From: Octopus sinensis
Lineage: Eukaryota
Assembly (NCBI RefSeq): GCF_006345805.1
Contig: NC_043010.1
Coordinates: 64,976,001 to 65,040,000 of the forward strand
Direction of reading: 5' to 3'
Length of the DNA: 64,000 nucleotides
Positions 13,547 to 27,099 of the stretch are shown here, piece by piece. The stretch's first letter is position 1; every line of letters starts with the position of its first letter. Under the pieces are notes generated by a model, which was not told the DNA's origin, ran no database searches, and saw only the letters and a program-made list of their open reading frames with translations. Made by a program: the position numbers and the translations under genes.

Positions 13547-13698
13547 GCTTTTGACAATATGGCTTTTTAATCCAGGTAAGCATCCATTTTCACATTTACT
13601 AAGGATTTGGAACTGGCAGTCACTAAGGTGTTTACAGTTACATTGGTATTTCTGGTCTTTCCCAAACAAGCCAACATCACCATAACCTTTACAACTGT
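13547..13698 (-). pseudogene. Gene 2 N-terminal EGF-like exon with 1-bp deletion
   Basis: ttttcag|...C|gtaagt, 152 nt (153 would keep frame), SCKGYGDVGLFGKDQKYQCNCKHLSDCQFQILSKCENGCLPG. The terminal TAT TGT CAA AAG (YCQK) is one base out of frame. Confidence 0.75.
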
Positions 13699-14553
13699 CT
13701 GAAAACAAATAATATATCAACATTATTAAAACATTTCTTTGAATAATTCTCTTAATAAATAATATTGATTCGTTAATATTAGATAGTATTTAATTTATAA
13801 AAAAAGTTATATATTAAGATAGCGTTATGATTTATACACTGTAAAGAGCATTAGCAATCTCAGTGATGAGAAATAAACTAATCCGTATATTAACATCGGT
13901 TGGCAAACAGTTTGCTTCTACGCTGCTCCATTGTCTGCCCTGAACATTAATATATTATATATCGCATAATTTCGGTGTAAGACATACAATACAAATGATT
14001 AGTGATTAAAACAACATATTCTCAAGTTTATTTACGCATATATTTTCTTCACATCTATTGACACATTTTTAATGCCATTGTTGTTATTTAGCCATCACTC
14101 AGCATTCATTCCGTGGACCAATGATCAAAGATTTTACACCCATGTCTATCTTGTTTCCACTTTATCCAGTATGTTTCTTTCTCAGAACAATAGGGTATGA
14201 TTTTAGCAGGCCAACCAATGAGAAAATGGGTGTCTTTAACCATTGCAGACTTTCAGGTTTTTCATTTTTATCATATATCTTGAATTATTGAAGTTTGTGA
14301 GTCCTTCCATTTGGTATATTTTCTCATTGAAAAGCCGCTGGGAGATACCTAGTAGTACTGGGATAATTTAAAGATATAACATTCATAGAAGAGAATAATA
14401 CACGCATATAGTTTTAAAGTTTTGTTGAGAACTTGACATTGCAGAAAACAACTTGTCAAATTTTACTGCGTGGAGAATAAATCTTTCACAACGTTCAAAA
14501 CTGAGGTCCATTATAAATTTTATAATCTAAAATACACACTTATATTCATAAGC

Positions 14554-14613
<60 letters not shown>

Positions 14614-14643
14614 ATATATATATTTAATTTATTTTATAGAAGG

Positions 14644-14694
14644 AGCTTCTACAGGACTAGAACTGTTTCATTCAAAAGAAATCATCAGGAAGCT
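14644..14694 (-). ncRNA. Type I hammerhead ribozyme (Penelope pLTR-associated)
   Basis: Minus strand: AGCTTC-CTGATGA-TTTC tttt GAAT-GAAA-CAG ttctagtc CTG-TA-GAAGCT. Stem I 6 bp, intact core, stem III closed, only a U-U mismatch at the base of stem II. Confidence 0.75.
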
Positions 14695-14889
14695 AGGTGA
14701 CAAGAGTAGTTTTGGCATTTATACATTTAGGCAGGTTTCAAAGGGGTGGTGGTGGGGGACTTTTTGGGGTAGACATGGCGCAAACTATCATTCTTAGGGG
14801 AGTGGTCAAAGGAATCGGTGGTAAAGTAGATAAAAGAATAAATAAAAGAATAAATAGAAAAATAGAGTTTTAGGTAAATAAGGAGACTC

Positions 14890-15330
14890 TCACTTATACA
14901 TATACATATATATATATATGTACATACACACACACATATATATATATATATATACACACACATGTACATATACACATACACACACACACACATACACATA
15001 TGTATACATATACATACATACATATACACACATATACATACATACACATATACATATATACACATACACATACGTACACATACACACATACACCCATATA
15101 CACATGTACATATGTACCCGTATACATGTATCTACGTACACGCCCATACCCATACTCATACATACACTTATATATGTCTACACACATATATATATAAAAG
15201 GGGATATACACCCCATACACACGCGCTCCCATATCCATATATATATATATATATATATATACATACACATATATATACACACACCCATATACACACATAT
15301 ATATACATACATACACATACATACCTATCC

Positions 15331-15387
<57 letters not shown>

Positions 15388-15860
15388 TATATATACACAC
15401 ACTCACATACATATGCATATACATGCACACACATACACACACATTTCTTCCCTTATTTTAATTTTATTTTAATTTTTTACTTTTGTTTTTATTTTTATTT
15501 TTATCTTGACCTCGGCCAGCCAGCCCGGCACTGAAGTGATGTCGTCCCAAGGGAACTAGTCTAAAGAGTCCATTTATTGCCCCTCTGCCTTCCTTTCTAT
15601 CTTTCTACTCACTGATACGAACACAAACACTCACACACGCACACACACTCACACGTACACTCATACACATTCACACACGCACATGTTATATTCATACATA
15701 CATACATACATCTACATACATGCACGTATATACACATACGTACACGTACCTACAAATTCATATCTACACGCATACACATACATACATCTATACACCCACA
15801 GAAGACTAGTCCATACATATACACAAATAAATATATATACATATACATATACACATACAT

Positions 15861-15901
<41 letters not shown>

Positions 15902-16890
15902 CACATATATACATATATATACTCATATATATATATATATACATATATATATACATACACATATATACATATATACACACATACATACACGTACGCGCAT
16001 ACCTACATATACATACACACATATATACTTACACCAGTCATATGCATACCTACATACCCATACATCCATATATCTATACATATACATACACGTATATATA
16101 CACACAAGCACATACTAATACACACGCACACACATCTAGCTACATATATAAAAAAGAAACCCAACAAGTCCATACATGTACACACATACACATACATACA
16201 TGCATATACACATATATACCCATACACATATACACATACATACACATACACATATATATATATACACACATGTATATATATACATATATACACATACATA
16301 TACATACACACATGCATACACATACACACACACACGCACATCTATATATACACATAAGTACATACATGCATAAATGTATACATATGTTTATACATATGCA
16401 CACACATACACACACACGCGCGCATCCTTATATACATAAATACATACATGCATACTCAAATAATAAATAATAAATAATAAATGTATATACATGCAGTTAC
16501 CCATTATACAGACGGATACATACATATAAACATACACATATATACCTATTTACACATATGTATATATACATACATGCATACCCATACACATAACTCTACA
16601 TACCTACATATACATAAACACACAAGCGTACACACATATATATATATACATATATACATATATATACATATATATATATATATATATCCACACACATACA
16701 TATACACATATACATACACACACACATACATATACACGCGCGTAAATACACGCACTCACATACATGCGTATATTCCTACTAACACCCATACGTTTCTATA
16801 CATATATACAAGTGTACACATACAATATGTGAATAGTCTTAGGAGAAAATATATATACATGAAACAAATGGAAAACAAGAGATACACCAT
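14890..16890. repeat. About 2 kb of cryptically simple (TA/CA) purine-pyrimidine sequence
   Basis: Interspersed TA, CA and TACA motifs; source of many spurious Y/I/H/T and V/C/M ORFs. Confidence 0.95.
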
Positions 16891-16948
16891 AGAGTGACCC
16901 TTCATCAGTTATCGGCCGTTTCTCTCTCTCTTTCTCACTCTATCTATC

Positions 16949-16990
<42 letters not shown>

Positions 16991-17189
16991 TAGCCGACAA
17001 CTGATGAAGGGTCGCTCTTTATGTTGTTTGTCTTGTTTTCCATTTGTTTCTTTTGTTGTCCGCAAAAAAGTTCATATTCCGTGTATTCGTATTTCGGATA
17101 TTTTGTTGTTTACGTTTTGTGACGTCCTGTGCCCACATATGTATATATATATATACATGTAAGTATTTATATATACGTATGTATATATG

Positions 17190-17246
<57 letters not shown>

Positions 17247-17366
17247 AGTATTTATATATACGTATGTATATATGCATCATATATATATATATACATATTA
17301 TTTATATTATAAGATTGAACACCACGCATCCTTTTCCAACTAAGTTTTATCTATCTATCTATATAC

Positions 17367-17416
<50 letters not shown>

Positions 17417-18297
17417 ATAACCAGTTTTTAGTGTTGCATCGAGCTGTACCGATATAATATAGGATAAATACAGTACCAATAGCAATAATGCGTGGATGAA
17501 ATTTATAAGCATTTAATACATCGCTACACACGCTTCCACAAATCACATGCCTCCTAAGACCGCCGTCCGTATTCCTGACACGATTACAGTGTAGTTCATG
17601 ATATTCGTGGACCTCGGGTAAATCACGTCCATGGATTCATTTCTTCAGGTGATATAACATTAATAGATGTTTAACAAAGGGCTGTTTATCCCTTTTAACC
17701 AGTACGAAGGTTCATTAATTTATGTGGCTATTTAGGTGTGTATTTGTGTGTGTGGAGGAGGGACGAAGTGCTGGAAAGAGAGGGAGGAACGGCAGTTATA
17801 TGGGGATGGCGGGTGTCTGGTGATGTTGGGCTGGTGATGTTGGGCTTATTTTGCTATTCCGTCTGTACATTCCTTTGTTCGATCTCATTTATGGCATCAC
17901 TATCTTCAATGAAGTCTGAAGTAAACAGGTCAGTCGTTACAGCCACTACAGCCATCAGCTGTTGGAGTTCGTTGCCCGAATTGATAAATAATTTTTTCTT
18001 AGAGTGACCTTTTATTTGTTTCTGCTATTACAGTTGTATATTGTTTAACATCCTAAACATTGGTTTCTTCTTTCCTTGTTCTCTAATATACTAAGGGTGG
18101 TTGATGTTATTTCGTTCCAAAATGCATTTTTCTTTCAAATTCAGAAACAATGTTTTGCGTCTATGTTTATCTGATGTGATCACCTCGGAGTGTCTATTTG
18201 TGTATTTATCACGTTTTTTCTGAGTGCAATGATTTCCTGAGTTTCTTCAAGGCATAAATTGCATCGGGACATCACCGGTGTGCAACTGTTACATGTG

Positions 18298-18359
<62 letters not shown>

Positions 18360-18792
18360 ATGATACAGGTGACATTCCCATCACTTAATGAAATTTAAGT
18401 AAATCAGAAAAAGAATAAAGTTTAGTATTGGGTATTTATCAGATGAATGCTATAAACAGGAACATGTTAACTATGTTAGCATCATCTGCTTTTTATAACA
18501 AAAGGCATCCATTTTGAAATATTTCAAAATTTTTATTTTTTCCATATTTAAAATTCATATTATTAGTTATATATTTTCTTAAAAGTATGTAGCCTTTGCT
18601 AAAACTTTCCTAATGACTTCTGCCTAAAATTGATTAATCATAGTTATCAATTAATACATATTTTCTCTTGCTCTAAGTCATTCTCTGTCTTCTTATAGAA
18701 TACGCATCGTGGTCCTCTTTGTCTTCTTTACTGTGATGGTAATTTACAGAACGGAATCAGTATTTCAAGCATGTGTGAACATGATCACATAC

Positions 18793-18880
18793 AGATAATT
18801 GCATATAATAGCACCCACAAAGCAATAAGAAACCGCACTCTATTGAAGGAATCTAAAACTATTACAAGATGATGGAACAT
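18793..18880 (-). CDS. Gene 2 putative first coding exon (signal peptide)
   Basis: ATG at 18880, MFHHLVIVLDSFNRVRFLIALWVLLYAII, then T|gtatgt (phase 1). Joins exon 13698 as ...AII-Y-SCKGYG. Confidence 0.45.
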
Positions 18881-19277
18881 GCAAAATATGAGAGTAAGAG
18901 CTGGATCATGCTATTCTATTAAATGATATAAAATAACACTAATACTACTAAACTTACCAGGTTTTCTGAAGCAAGTACTTTTACAATAATCAAGTTCCCT
19001 CTTATTATCTGCGACGCAATCTCCTTTGGTGATATCACATTGGGCTTTAATATAAATAAAAATAGAATTTTTATTTTTAAGAAACCATCAAGTGAGATAC
19101 CTTAGAAATCTAGTAGAATATGAAAATATCATATTCATGTCTTTCTCGGCAATAAAAATGACATAAATCAAAACATTTGTTAGTGAAAATAAAAATGAAG
19201 GGAAAGCTTTTCAGCGAAAATACAGACCGAAACTTTATTGCCGGGATCGTAATAATGTTATAATATTAAAAGGGTAA

Positions 19278-19616
19278 AGGGTAAAGACCCCCTTCGGTCA
19301 TGAATGACCATGGGATTGCACCTAGAAAGTTACCCTCCTAGACACAAGTCCGGGCAAGGTTGTTTATGGAAGACCAGCAGTCGCCCATGCATACCAGCCT
19401 CCTCTCTCCACGCCACCAGTGTTATCCAAGGGAAAGACAAAGGTCGATACAGCTTGGCATCTGTGACGTCGCAACTCATTTCTACAGCTGAGTGAACTGG
19501 AGCAACGTGAAATAAAGTGCCTTGCTCAAGAACACAACTCGCAGCCCGGTCCGGGATTCGAGCTCACAACCTCACGATCGTAAGCTCGACGCTCTAACCA
19601 CTGAGCCATGCGCCTT
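19278..19616 (-). mobile_element. tRNA-derived SINE, family B (full copy)
   Basis: Minus head ggcgcatggctcagtggttagagcg...gagctcgaatccc (A and B boxes). Other copies at 60517-60830 (-), 57361-57657 (+) and a partial at about 1590-1800. Confidence 0.85.
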
Positions 19617-19899
19617 ATAATCATATAAACTATATAAAATCATGAGGTCTGTGTAATAAAATACAGTAGATAGTGATTGGCTTGAGGTTTAGAGCTGGAG
19701 TAAAGAGTAAGACATGTAGGAGAGGGATTTTTATAGCAATGAGCTTAGAGCAGTTCTAGCAGGCTTAGTTTATTATTGAGCATTAGGTAGATAATGGAAT
19801 TTTTGCATTCGATAGAGAATAGAGAACGTTTATGTTAAATGCAAAGTAAAATGTGTTCATACTAGTGTATAATTAAAATGATAATTTCAAAAGATTAAT

Positions 19900-20110
19900 A
19901 AAATTAGTATCATATAATGGAAATGTTTCGTTTAATAGTAAATTACCTAGGCAGCATAGAGGCATTATCATGGGAGTAATTATTGACCTTGTTTTAGCCG
20001 ACTTGTACTTGCTTAAAGATTTAGAAAAAGAAAACATTAAGTCTAGTTAGGCAGCTTAGTGCCTGTCGTAGATATAAAGATGATATTTTCGTTCCAAATT
20101 ATAATTTCTG
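19900..20110 (+). mobile_element. Penelope-like RT remnant
   Basis: RQHRGIIMG, LADLYL and RYKDDIF in broken frames. Confidence 0.5.
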
Positions 20111-20689
20111 AAATGTGTCAAGGCCGACAGGAAGCGTTGCTGCTTTCTAGGGCTAAATAGCAGTGGCGTGATTCCCTTCATGGGACTGTCACATTAAGTT
20201 GACAGTATACAACTACTCTATCGTACCACTACTGCTTATATTATAGAAATGTAATATTTCAATGAATGATTATTAATTTACAGTTTACCATTGGGAGTTT
20301 GAGACTAGCATAATTAGTATGAATGTTAATAAGATTAATTATGACGGACATCGAGTGTTTGCAGCGCAAATAACAAGACATCAAAAAATATTTCAAAGCT
20401 TGGTTTTATTTAGTAGTTATGTCTCTGTCTGATGCTAATTTCTGGTAGTTCGTTTCCATGTTGCTTGTTATTGCTTTCTATTGTTGAAATTTGTGATGAC
20501 TATGCAGCTTCTTAGGTAATATCTCATTCTATGTCCAGATAATTTGTGGAGTTAGTTATAAGGTTAGTTATCATAATATATACGTAACGAGGAGCGTTCA
20601 TTTACGGTTTTCTCTGACCCCCTTCGCGTTACTGCAGGAAACGGAACTTATACATGTATAATCATTCGTCTCTACATGTCACATTATAA

Positions 20690-21365
20690 ATTGCACCGTT
20701 CCACTAGCATTCGTTTATCCTTTACGGCTGCTGAAGTGGACCAAGGTGTTATAGTGGAGGCAGTTTTCAGTGACGAGGTTCTTATATTGGAAAGGTCTTA
20801 CACCAAAAGAGACTTTCAATGAAATTAAAGAAGTTTATGGTGACGATTCACCATCATACGACGTAGTCAAGCTCTAGCCTCACCAGTTCCAATGTGGAAA
20901 CTTCTCCTGTTCCTGAACGACCGTATTCCGCCATTGATGACGACATCATAAAGTGGAAGCCGCTATTTTGGAGGATGGCCGCATAACTATTCGGTAACTC
21001 GCTCAAGAAGTGAAGATAAGTATAGGGTCCGCGGACAAAATCATTCACAGCAATTTGCACATGTGGAGGTTGTCTGCTCGATGGAGTCCCCGGATGCTCA
21101 CACCTTTTCAGAAGCAGGAACGAGTCAAGTGTTCCCAGACAATTTTGGCAATGTGCCAAGAAAACGAGTAGGACTTTTTCAACAGACTTATCACACAGGA
21201 TAAAACATGGGTCCATCACTGATCCTGATACTAAAGTCAACTCGAAGCATGATAACTCACCCTCTCCAAAGAAGGCGCGTGTCTAACTCTCAGTAAGCAA
21301 GAAGATGCTCACATTTTTGGGGACCAGCGCAGAATAGTGGTGATGCATTTTCTGGAAAAGAGCAT
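20690..21365 (+). mobile_element. Mariner transposase 5' half, degenerate, truncated by a LINE
   Basis: KEVYGDDSPSYDVVK, ILEDGRITIR, LSARWSPRMLT and RLITQDKTWVH (WVPR/L and TxDETWV motifs). Confidence 0.85.
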
Positions 21366-21379
21366 CACTTACTCGATGA

Positions 21380-23830
21380 GAGACATATAGATGGTCTCGA
21401 AGAAGACAATAACACTATTGGCTACGTGATAGATGGGCAAAAGGCAATCTACAACAGAATAAAGGCAACGCGACAGAAGAACATCAGTGACATTATTTGC
21501 AACCTTTAAAAGGCTGAACATTGGAAATTGAATCAAGAAACGAAAAATGTGAATGAAATTCTGAAACACACCATAACAAAGAACATCACAGAAACAAATA
21601 ATTCGATCAAGAATTGTTGTAGCAGAAAATGTTGGTGTTGATGTCAAGAAAAAGAAATATATTGGGAGTGACAAAAGAAAAGATCCATGGTAGAAAAGAA
21701 GAATACAGGCGGGGTTAGATATGCTCTCGAATTACATGTTAGACCGAAACGAAAAGGGGGAGCTTTAAAGCGAGCAGAAATACAGGGCACTGAACAGAAA
21801 GTATGGGTATTGAAAGAAAGAGCTTGAAATTGGTAATGGAGACACTGAAACAGCGCCTCGTTGTGGAAAGAAAAACGAAGGAATACCAGCAGAATAGCTT
21901 ATTTCTGTGTAGATCAGAAGAGATTATACAAAGAAATAAATGGAGAGTGTACAGATGAAAAGATGATACCATATAACATTGAAAGTCAAAGGTGGTGTGA
22001 CATCTGGAGCAAAGACAAGGGCACAAGAAGGATGCTAAATGGTTGCATCAGTAGTGTGTCCACAACAGGCAGATCTAGTCATTTCAGTTAGGGAAGTGAA
22101 GAAGATCAACAAAAACATGGGCAACTTGAAGGCCCCAGGTGCAGATGGGGTTCAAGGCTACTTGATCAAAAGCTTAGTGAATGTCATACACGAATAGCTG
22201 CACACATTAACAGCTTGTTATTGCCGACCATGTAATAGCAGAGTGGTTGCAATGGGTAGAATAGTGCTGTGCTTGAAAAACATCGTAAAAGGCAAACCGG
22301 TAGACAATTAGAGGCCGATATCCTGCTTGCTCATATGTGGAAATTATTGACTGGAATAGACGCAGATTCAACGTACGAACATCTGGAAAAAAATGGAGTC
22401 CTGCTACATGAGTGGAAGGGTTTGCAAGCGTAAGTGCAGAGGAACAAGGATCACTCCTGGTAGACAAAATTTTACTTAGAGACTGCAAGAGAAAGAAAAC
22501 TAACTTACCCTCTCATAGATCTATTACGTAAGGCAACCATATGATTCCATACATATGATCCCACATGCTTGGATTATGGTATTGCATCGATGTTGAACGA
22601 TTGCTTGGAAAAGGTATAGTAAGTGGCGAACGGAACTGACAGCATATAGAAGTGTAGGGGAATAGAAATCAGGAGTGGCATCTTCCAAGGGAACTTCCTG
22701 TCCCCATTGTTCTTTGTTACGGTCATGATACCACTAACACTGATTCTGAGGAAAGCAAAGGCTGTGTACGTTATTCAAGAGCCTCCAACAAAGAAGTCAA
22801 CCCCTTGCTATTCGTGGATGACCTCAAACTTATGATAAGCTGAATCCTAAGTCCATTTCCCTGTTGATACGGGTATAACTGTCAGTGTATCAGAATGAGT
22901 TTTCGGACTGAAAAGTGCAGTGTGTTTTGTCTTGAGGAAGCACAAATTAATGTACGGATGGGCTAAGCGATACCGTCCGGGGGAGCTTATGTACCAATAG
23001 AAGAGACGGGCTATAAGTACTTGGGGGATATTGCAATGATAAACTTATGGAGAAAGAATGACAGAAGAATTTAAGGTGGTGTACTTGCGCAGACTGAGCT
23101 AATCCTTAAATCAAATTAAACTTACGGAATAAGATTAATGCTATCAACGCCTGGGCGTTTTCACTCCTTAGATATGGAGCAGGAGTAATCGTATCGGCTG
23201 TAGACGAACTAAACAGTAGATAAAACGACAAGAAAGTTGTAACTAGATTGGAATACTCCACACCAAAAAGGGATGGAGATAGTCTTTATGCACCAAGAAT
23301 AAGTGGAGGAAAAGAACTGATTGGATGCGAACACAGCATTAGAGCAGAAGAAAACAACATGATATGTTAAAATGCCACAGAACCGCTATTCTTGGAAATA
23401 AAAAGATCAGGCTTGTGTAGGATGGAAGATAAAGCACTCTTGAGAATGAATGAAACTGAAAAAGAATGTATGAACAATTTCAATGGGATGTTGAAGATAA
23501 GAAGAAAGAGAAAAAGATGGATGATTAAAACTGATTTTAAATCGGAAACGGAGGTCTAATCTGTACAGTTCAAGAACAAGCATTAAGAACATTTACATCA
23601 AATCCAGCATAGATCGCACATCAGAAAGTGGAAAGTGCAGAATTGCGGACAAATGTTGAAACCGTATGGAATACTACCAGTGAATGTACGCCCGCTAGTC
23701 CAAAAAAAAATATAAGAGACGTCATGACAACATAGTAAGATTGTCATTGGACACTTTGCAATAAGTATGGACTTGACAGAGCAAAACATTGATACCGACA
23801 CACTCGAAGACATATCATCGAAAATGATAA
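21380..23830 (+). mobile_element. R4/Dong-like non-LTR retrotransposon, degenerate
   Basis: GIFQGNFLSPLFF, LLFVDDLKL, INAINAWA..LLRYGAG, LYAPR..GGKELI and RHDNIV...LCNKYGL across frameshifts. Confidence 0.8.
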
Positions 23831-24284
23831 TCCCAAGATCCTATGGGATTTTATGGAGCAGTTGCAGAAAACAGCACTGCTGGAACCCTCCAAATTTTAT
23901 TTTTAGACTAGGAAGAGGTAGTGATGTCTTGTTGAGCCTTGCTTCGGATGAGAATATATACTACTAACTCTGTCCTATTATGTTTCTTCATCTTTTGGAA
24001 GCAGGAATGTTAAACCATTAAGTAGGCAAGAGGGAATCATACTAGGATTTGTAAACATTGTTCTGTAGCAGTTCATCGTTGCGTTTTCCAAGGAATCTAA
24101 TGCTCTTAGCTTAGTTTTTTCTTTGGGGCTGGCCAGATTGGAGCAATCTTAAATTAATCACCGGAATTGCGAGGATGATCCGGTTCTTGACTGAAGATAA
24201 AAGGCTTCGAATGACCCGTCCGTGTTTTATTGTATCGTTTATCTGGATGTTTGTCGTCCCCTTTTGTATCACCTAGTTTCCGAA

Positions 24285-24384
24285 NNNNNNNNNNNNNNNN
24301 NNNNNNNNNNNNNNNNNNNNNNNNNNNNNNNNNNNNNNNNNNNNNNNNNNNNNNNNNNNNNNNNNNNNNNNNNNNNNNNNNNNN
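24285..24384. other. Assembly gap (100 N, true size unknown)
   Basis: Run of exactly 100 n. Confidence 1.
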
Positions 24385-26399
24385 ATAACTCAGGTTTTGT
24401 TTAAAATTATAATTGCAAGTCGATTAATATTTTAGCCTTATTTTGATATAAAACTTGATGGTAGTAGGTCAGATCATCGTTAAGAAATATAAAAATTAAA
24501 TATTTTATCATCACTTTTCATTGAGAAAATAGCATAATTTCTTTAAGGTTGTAATACCATCAGAATGAAAATTTCTTACTAAATCATCGTGGTCATTGCC
24601 GATCCTGGCAAAGTATGACGAAAAAGCGCAAAGTGAAAAATGAGGACTGCGTACTGACATTTTTTTTTCTTTACAATTAAAAAATATTGATGCTATTCTC
24701 GAAACTGATAGATTTCCACTCGGTGAAAGGTCATACGCAAGACGAATTCATGGACTGAAATATCGATTTTGATTCACAGTTTCAAGAAACGAACAAATTA
24801 ATTGTTAAGGAAACATTTCTACGAGAATTCGCACTAAATTGAGTTAAATAGAGCCTTTAGAGTCCCAAATTAACATGCAATCGTCATACTGATAATGTTG
24901 TTTATTCCCTATCGATGTGAACTGAGCGACGTATGAATTCTACCTCTCGCATATTCTTGTACAAGTTAGTTTCTTATTTCTTATAGTAATATTGATTTAT
25001 TTTGTCAATAAAAATTATATTGTGCAATGAATATGTTATTCTATTAAAATCCGATGTTGTTGTTGTTTGTTCCTTGTCGAGCCATGCCTGGCTCATAAGA
25101 GCTGGTTTCCTTGTTTCATTGGCGTATATGTTCCCCAGTTGGATGACACACCGGTCCGTTACAGGTGAGCTGCTAACTGCAACAGTAAAAAGTTTGGGAA
25201 GGCTGTGGCGAATGAGTCAGCAAATGTTCGCCATTACTTTCTGCCGAAACCATGTGGAGCTTAGGTGTTTCGCTCATAAACACATATATCTGAGATTCGA
25301 ATCCGGGATCTTTCGACCGCGACTCCACTACCCTAACCACTAGGCCATGTTCCTCCATTAAATCCGATGTGATATTTTTGAATTTTTTTCCTCAATTTGA
25401 ATACAGTCGGATTTTTTATCATAACGTTTACATTTTAACAGGTGTTGATATACACTTTTATATTTTGTAACGATTATCTGACCTACCACTATCGATATTT
25501 ATATCAAAATAAACCTAAAACATTGCTCTACATGCATGCGTAACTATTAACAGAACTTAAGTTATAGCGCTCACGCTCATTGAACTAGATTGAGGGCTAC
25601 TGGTCAGAAGTAAAAAAAAAAGAAAGAAATACGGGATAAACTTTGTATATGGGTGGAAATACCAGGGCGTTCGGGGGACTCTGATATCTTAAGTAAGTGT
25701 CAGATTTTGATTTAAAATACATAAGAACAAAGTTCACATCCCGAACGTTCAAATGATATATAATGTTTCAAAGGAAATAGGTATTTTATCATGAAAACGA
25801 CGTTGCCAAATTATATCTGTGTCTCTCTCTCTTCTCGGATCTCTCCAACGTACTTACTAAATTATATGTAAGGCTCCAAACTTAGAGAAGATTCAGTTTT
25901 ATACCCCGTACCAATGTATCAAACTGAGCCCCCTTTAGGTCGCTACATAACTGAATTTCATGTCTCAATATACATGAAATGCTGCGAAATGCATTAGAAA
26001 GTCGTAATGGCATGTTTTAGAAACAGCAGCTAAGCCTCCTTTAAATAAAATCGTTTTTCGTCTCAAAATATTTTCATAATTTTCTTCCTAATATAAAGTC
26101 TTCTCCAAGTATCCGTTATCTCAGAATTGTATTGTTTTATGTGGATATCTAAAAATAGTAGGTTACTATAAATGAATTCTACGGTGAATTCCTGAATCAA
26201 TAAATGAATGAAATATCGTCAAATTGTAGTAAAATGTTTGAAGTTCTTCATTTCATGTATCCTACTCTAGTGCTCTATAACTTAAATTGTGATTCTTTTC
26301 GGATTTATAATTTATTGACGATCCATCTCGATCCACGTGGTTTGTGTTAAATATTTGTCCAGCAGGCCAAGCTTCTACATATTCAAGGAAACCACTTAG

Positions 26400-27085
26400 T
26401 CTCTCAAAAATATGGAGAGTCTTGACTTTGGCTATTCCACTAAACCTCGGCTACTCCACTACACCAGTTTACGAGCTGCACACTCGAGCGCTCCTAGAAA
26501 AATGATAGATCTAATAAGAGGAATGCGATAGAAAGCCTTCTACCGCGATCTAATCACGCCATGCCCAGAAAACAACGCATACGGGATTAAATCTAGGAAG
26601 TGCCCACCCAAGATAAGGACCTCGAGCCCTTAGAAGCAGACATACTGGACATTATTCCCAGCCAAAAATTCAGTAAGTCCTCTTACTCCTTCCAACGTAA
26701 GCTTCGTGACGACATTAATTTACTAAAATGATTCCAACATGTGCCTAATCTTCTCAGATAGGACTAAACATTTATATAGGATAGACACCCATACTTATGA
26801 CGGCTGTTAGAAAACATATTACACAGAACTATAGGCTCGCTTCGGCATATACGTACAAACACCAACAATGAAGCCAAACATTAGCCAACGACTTAGATAT
26901 TGAAGATAGGGTAGAAATTTTAATTAAAAGGATCACCTTCATTACTATCAAAGCCCATAAACCCAACTTTGCCTCGAACCTCAAAAGCCGCCTGTCAACC
27001 CGGCAAAATCCAAGATCGGTCTAGCGAGCAAACGCATACTGAAGAAAATCAACAATAACATAAGGAGAGCTACCAACGTCTCCCT
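26400..27085 (+). mobile_element. Penelope-like element ORF remnant
   Basis: DLDIEDRVE, FITIKAHKPNFASNLK..L.NP.K..IGL.SKRIL.KIN pattern of PLE ORFs. Confidence 0.65.
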
Positions 27086-27099
27086 GATTTGGGGTTGTA

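Noticed and set aside
14727-17431. Dozens of long ORFs rich in Y/I/H/T or V/C/M (also 5253-5620, 51175-51538, 58863-60005)
   Set aside because: Translations of TA/CA/TATG simple repeats that lack stop codons; no protein signal.
19540-19616. tRNA-like sequence with A and B boxes (also heads at 10857, 37159, 40060, 60760)
   Set aside because: These are SINE heads continuing into repeat bodies, with no complete acceptor stem; not tRNA genes.
24080-24270. CTGAAGA/CTGAGGA motifs in a repeat shared with 50985-51200, and CTGATGA near 11715
   Set aside because: No GAAA strand or closing stems, so they are not called as ribozymes; treated as decayed pLTR-like repeats.
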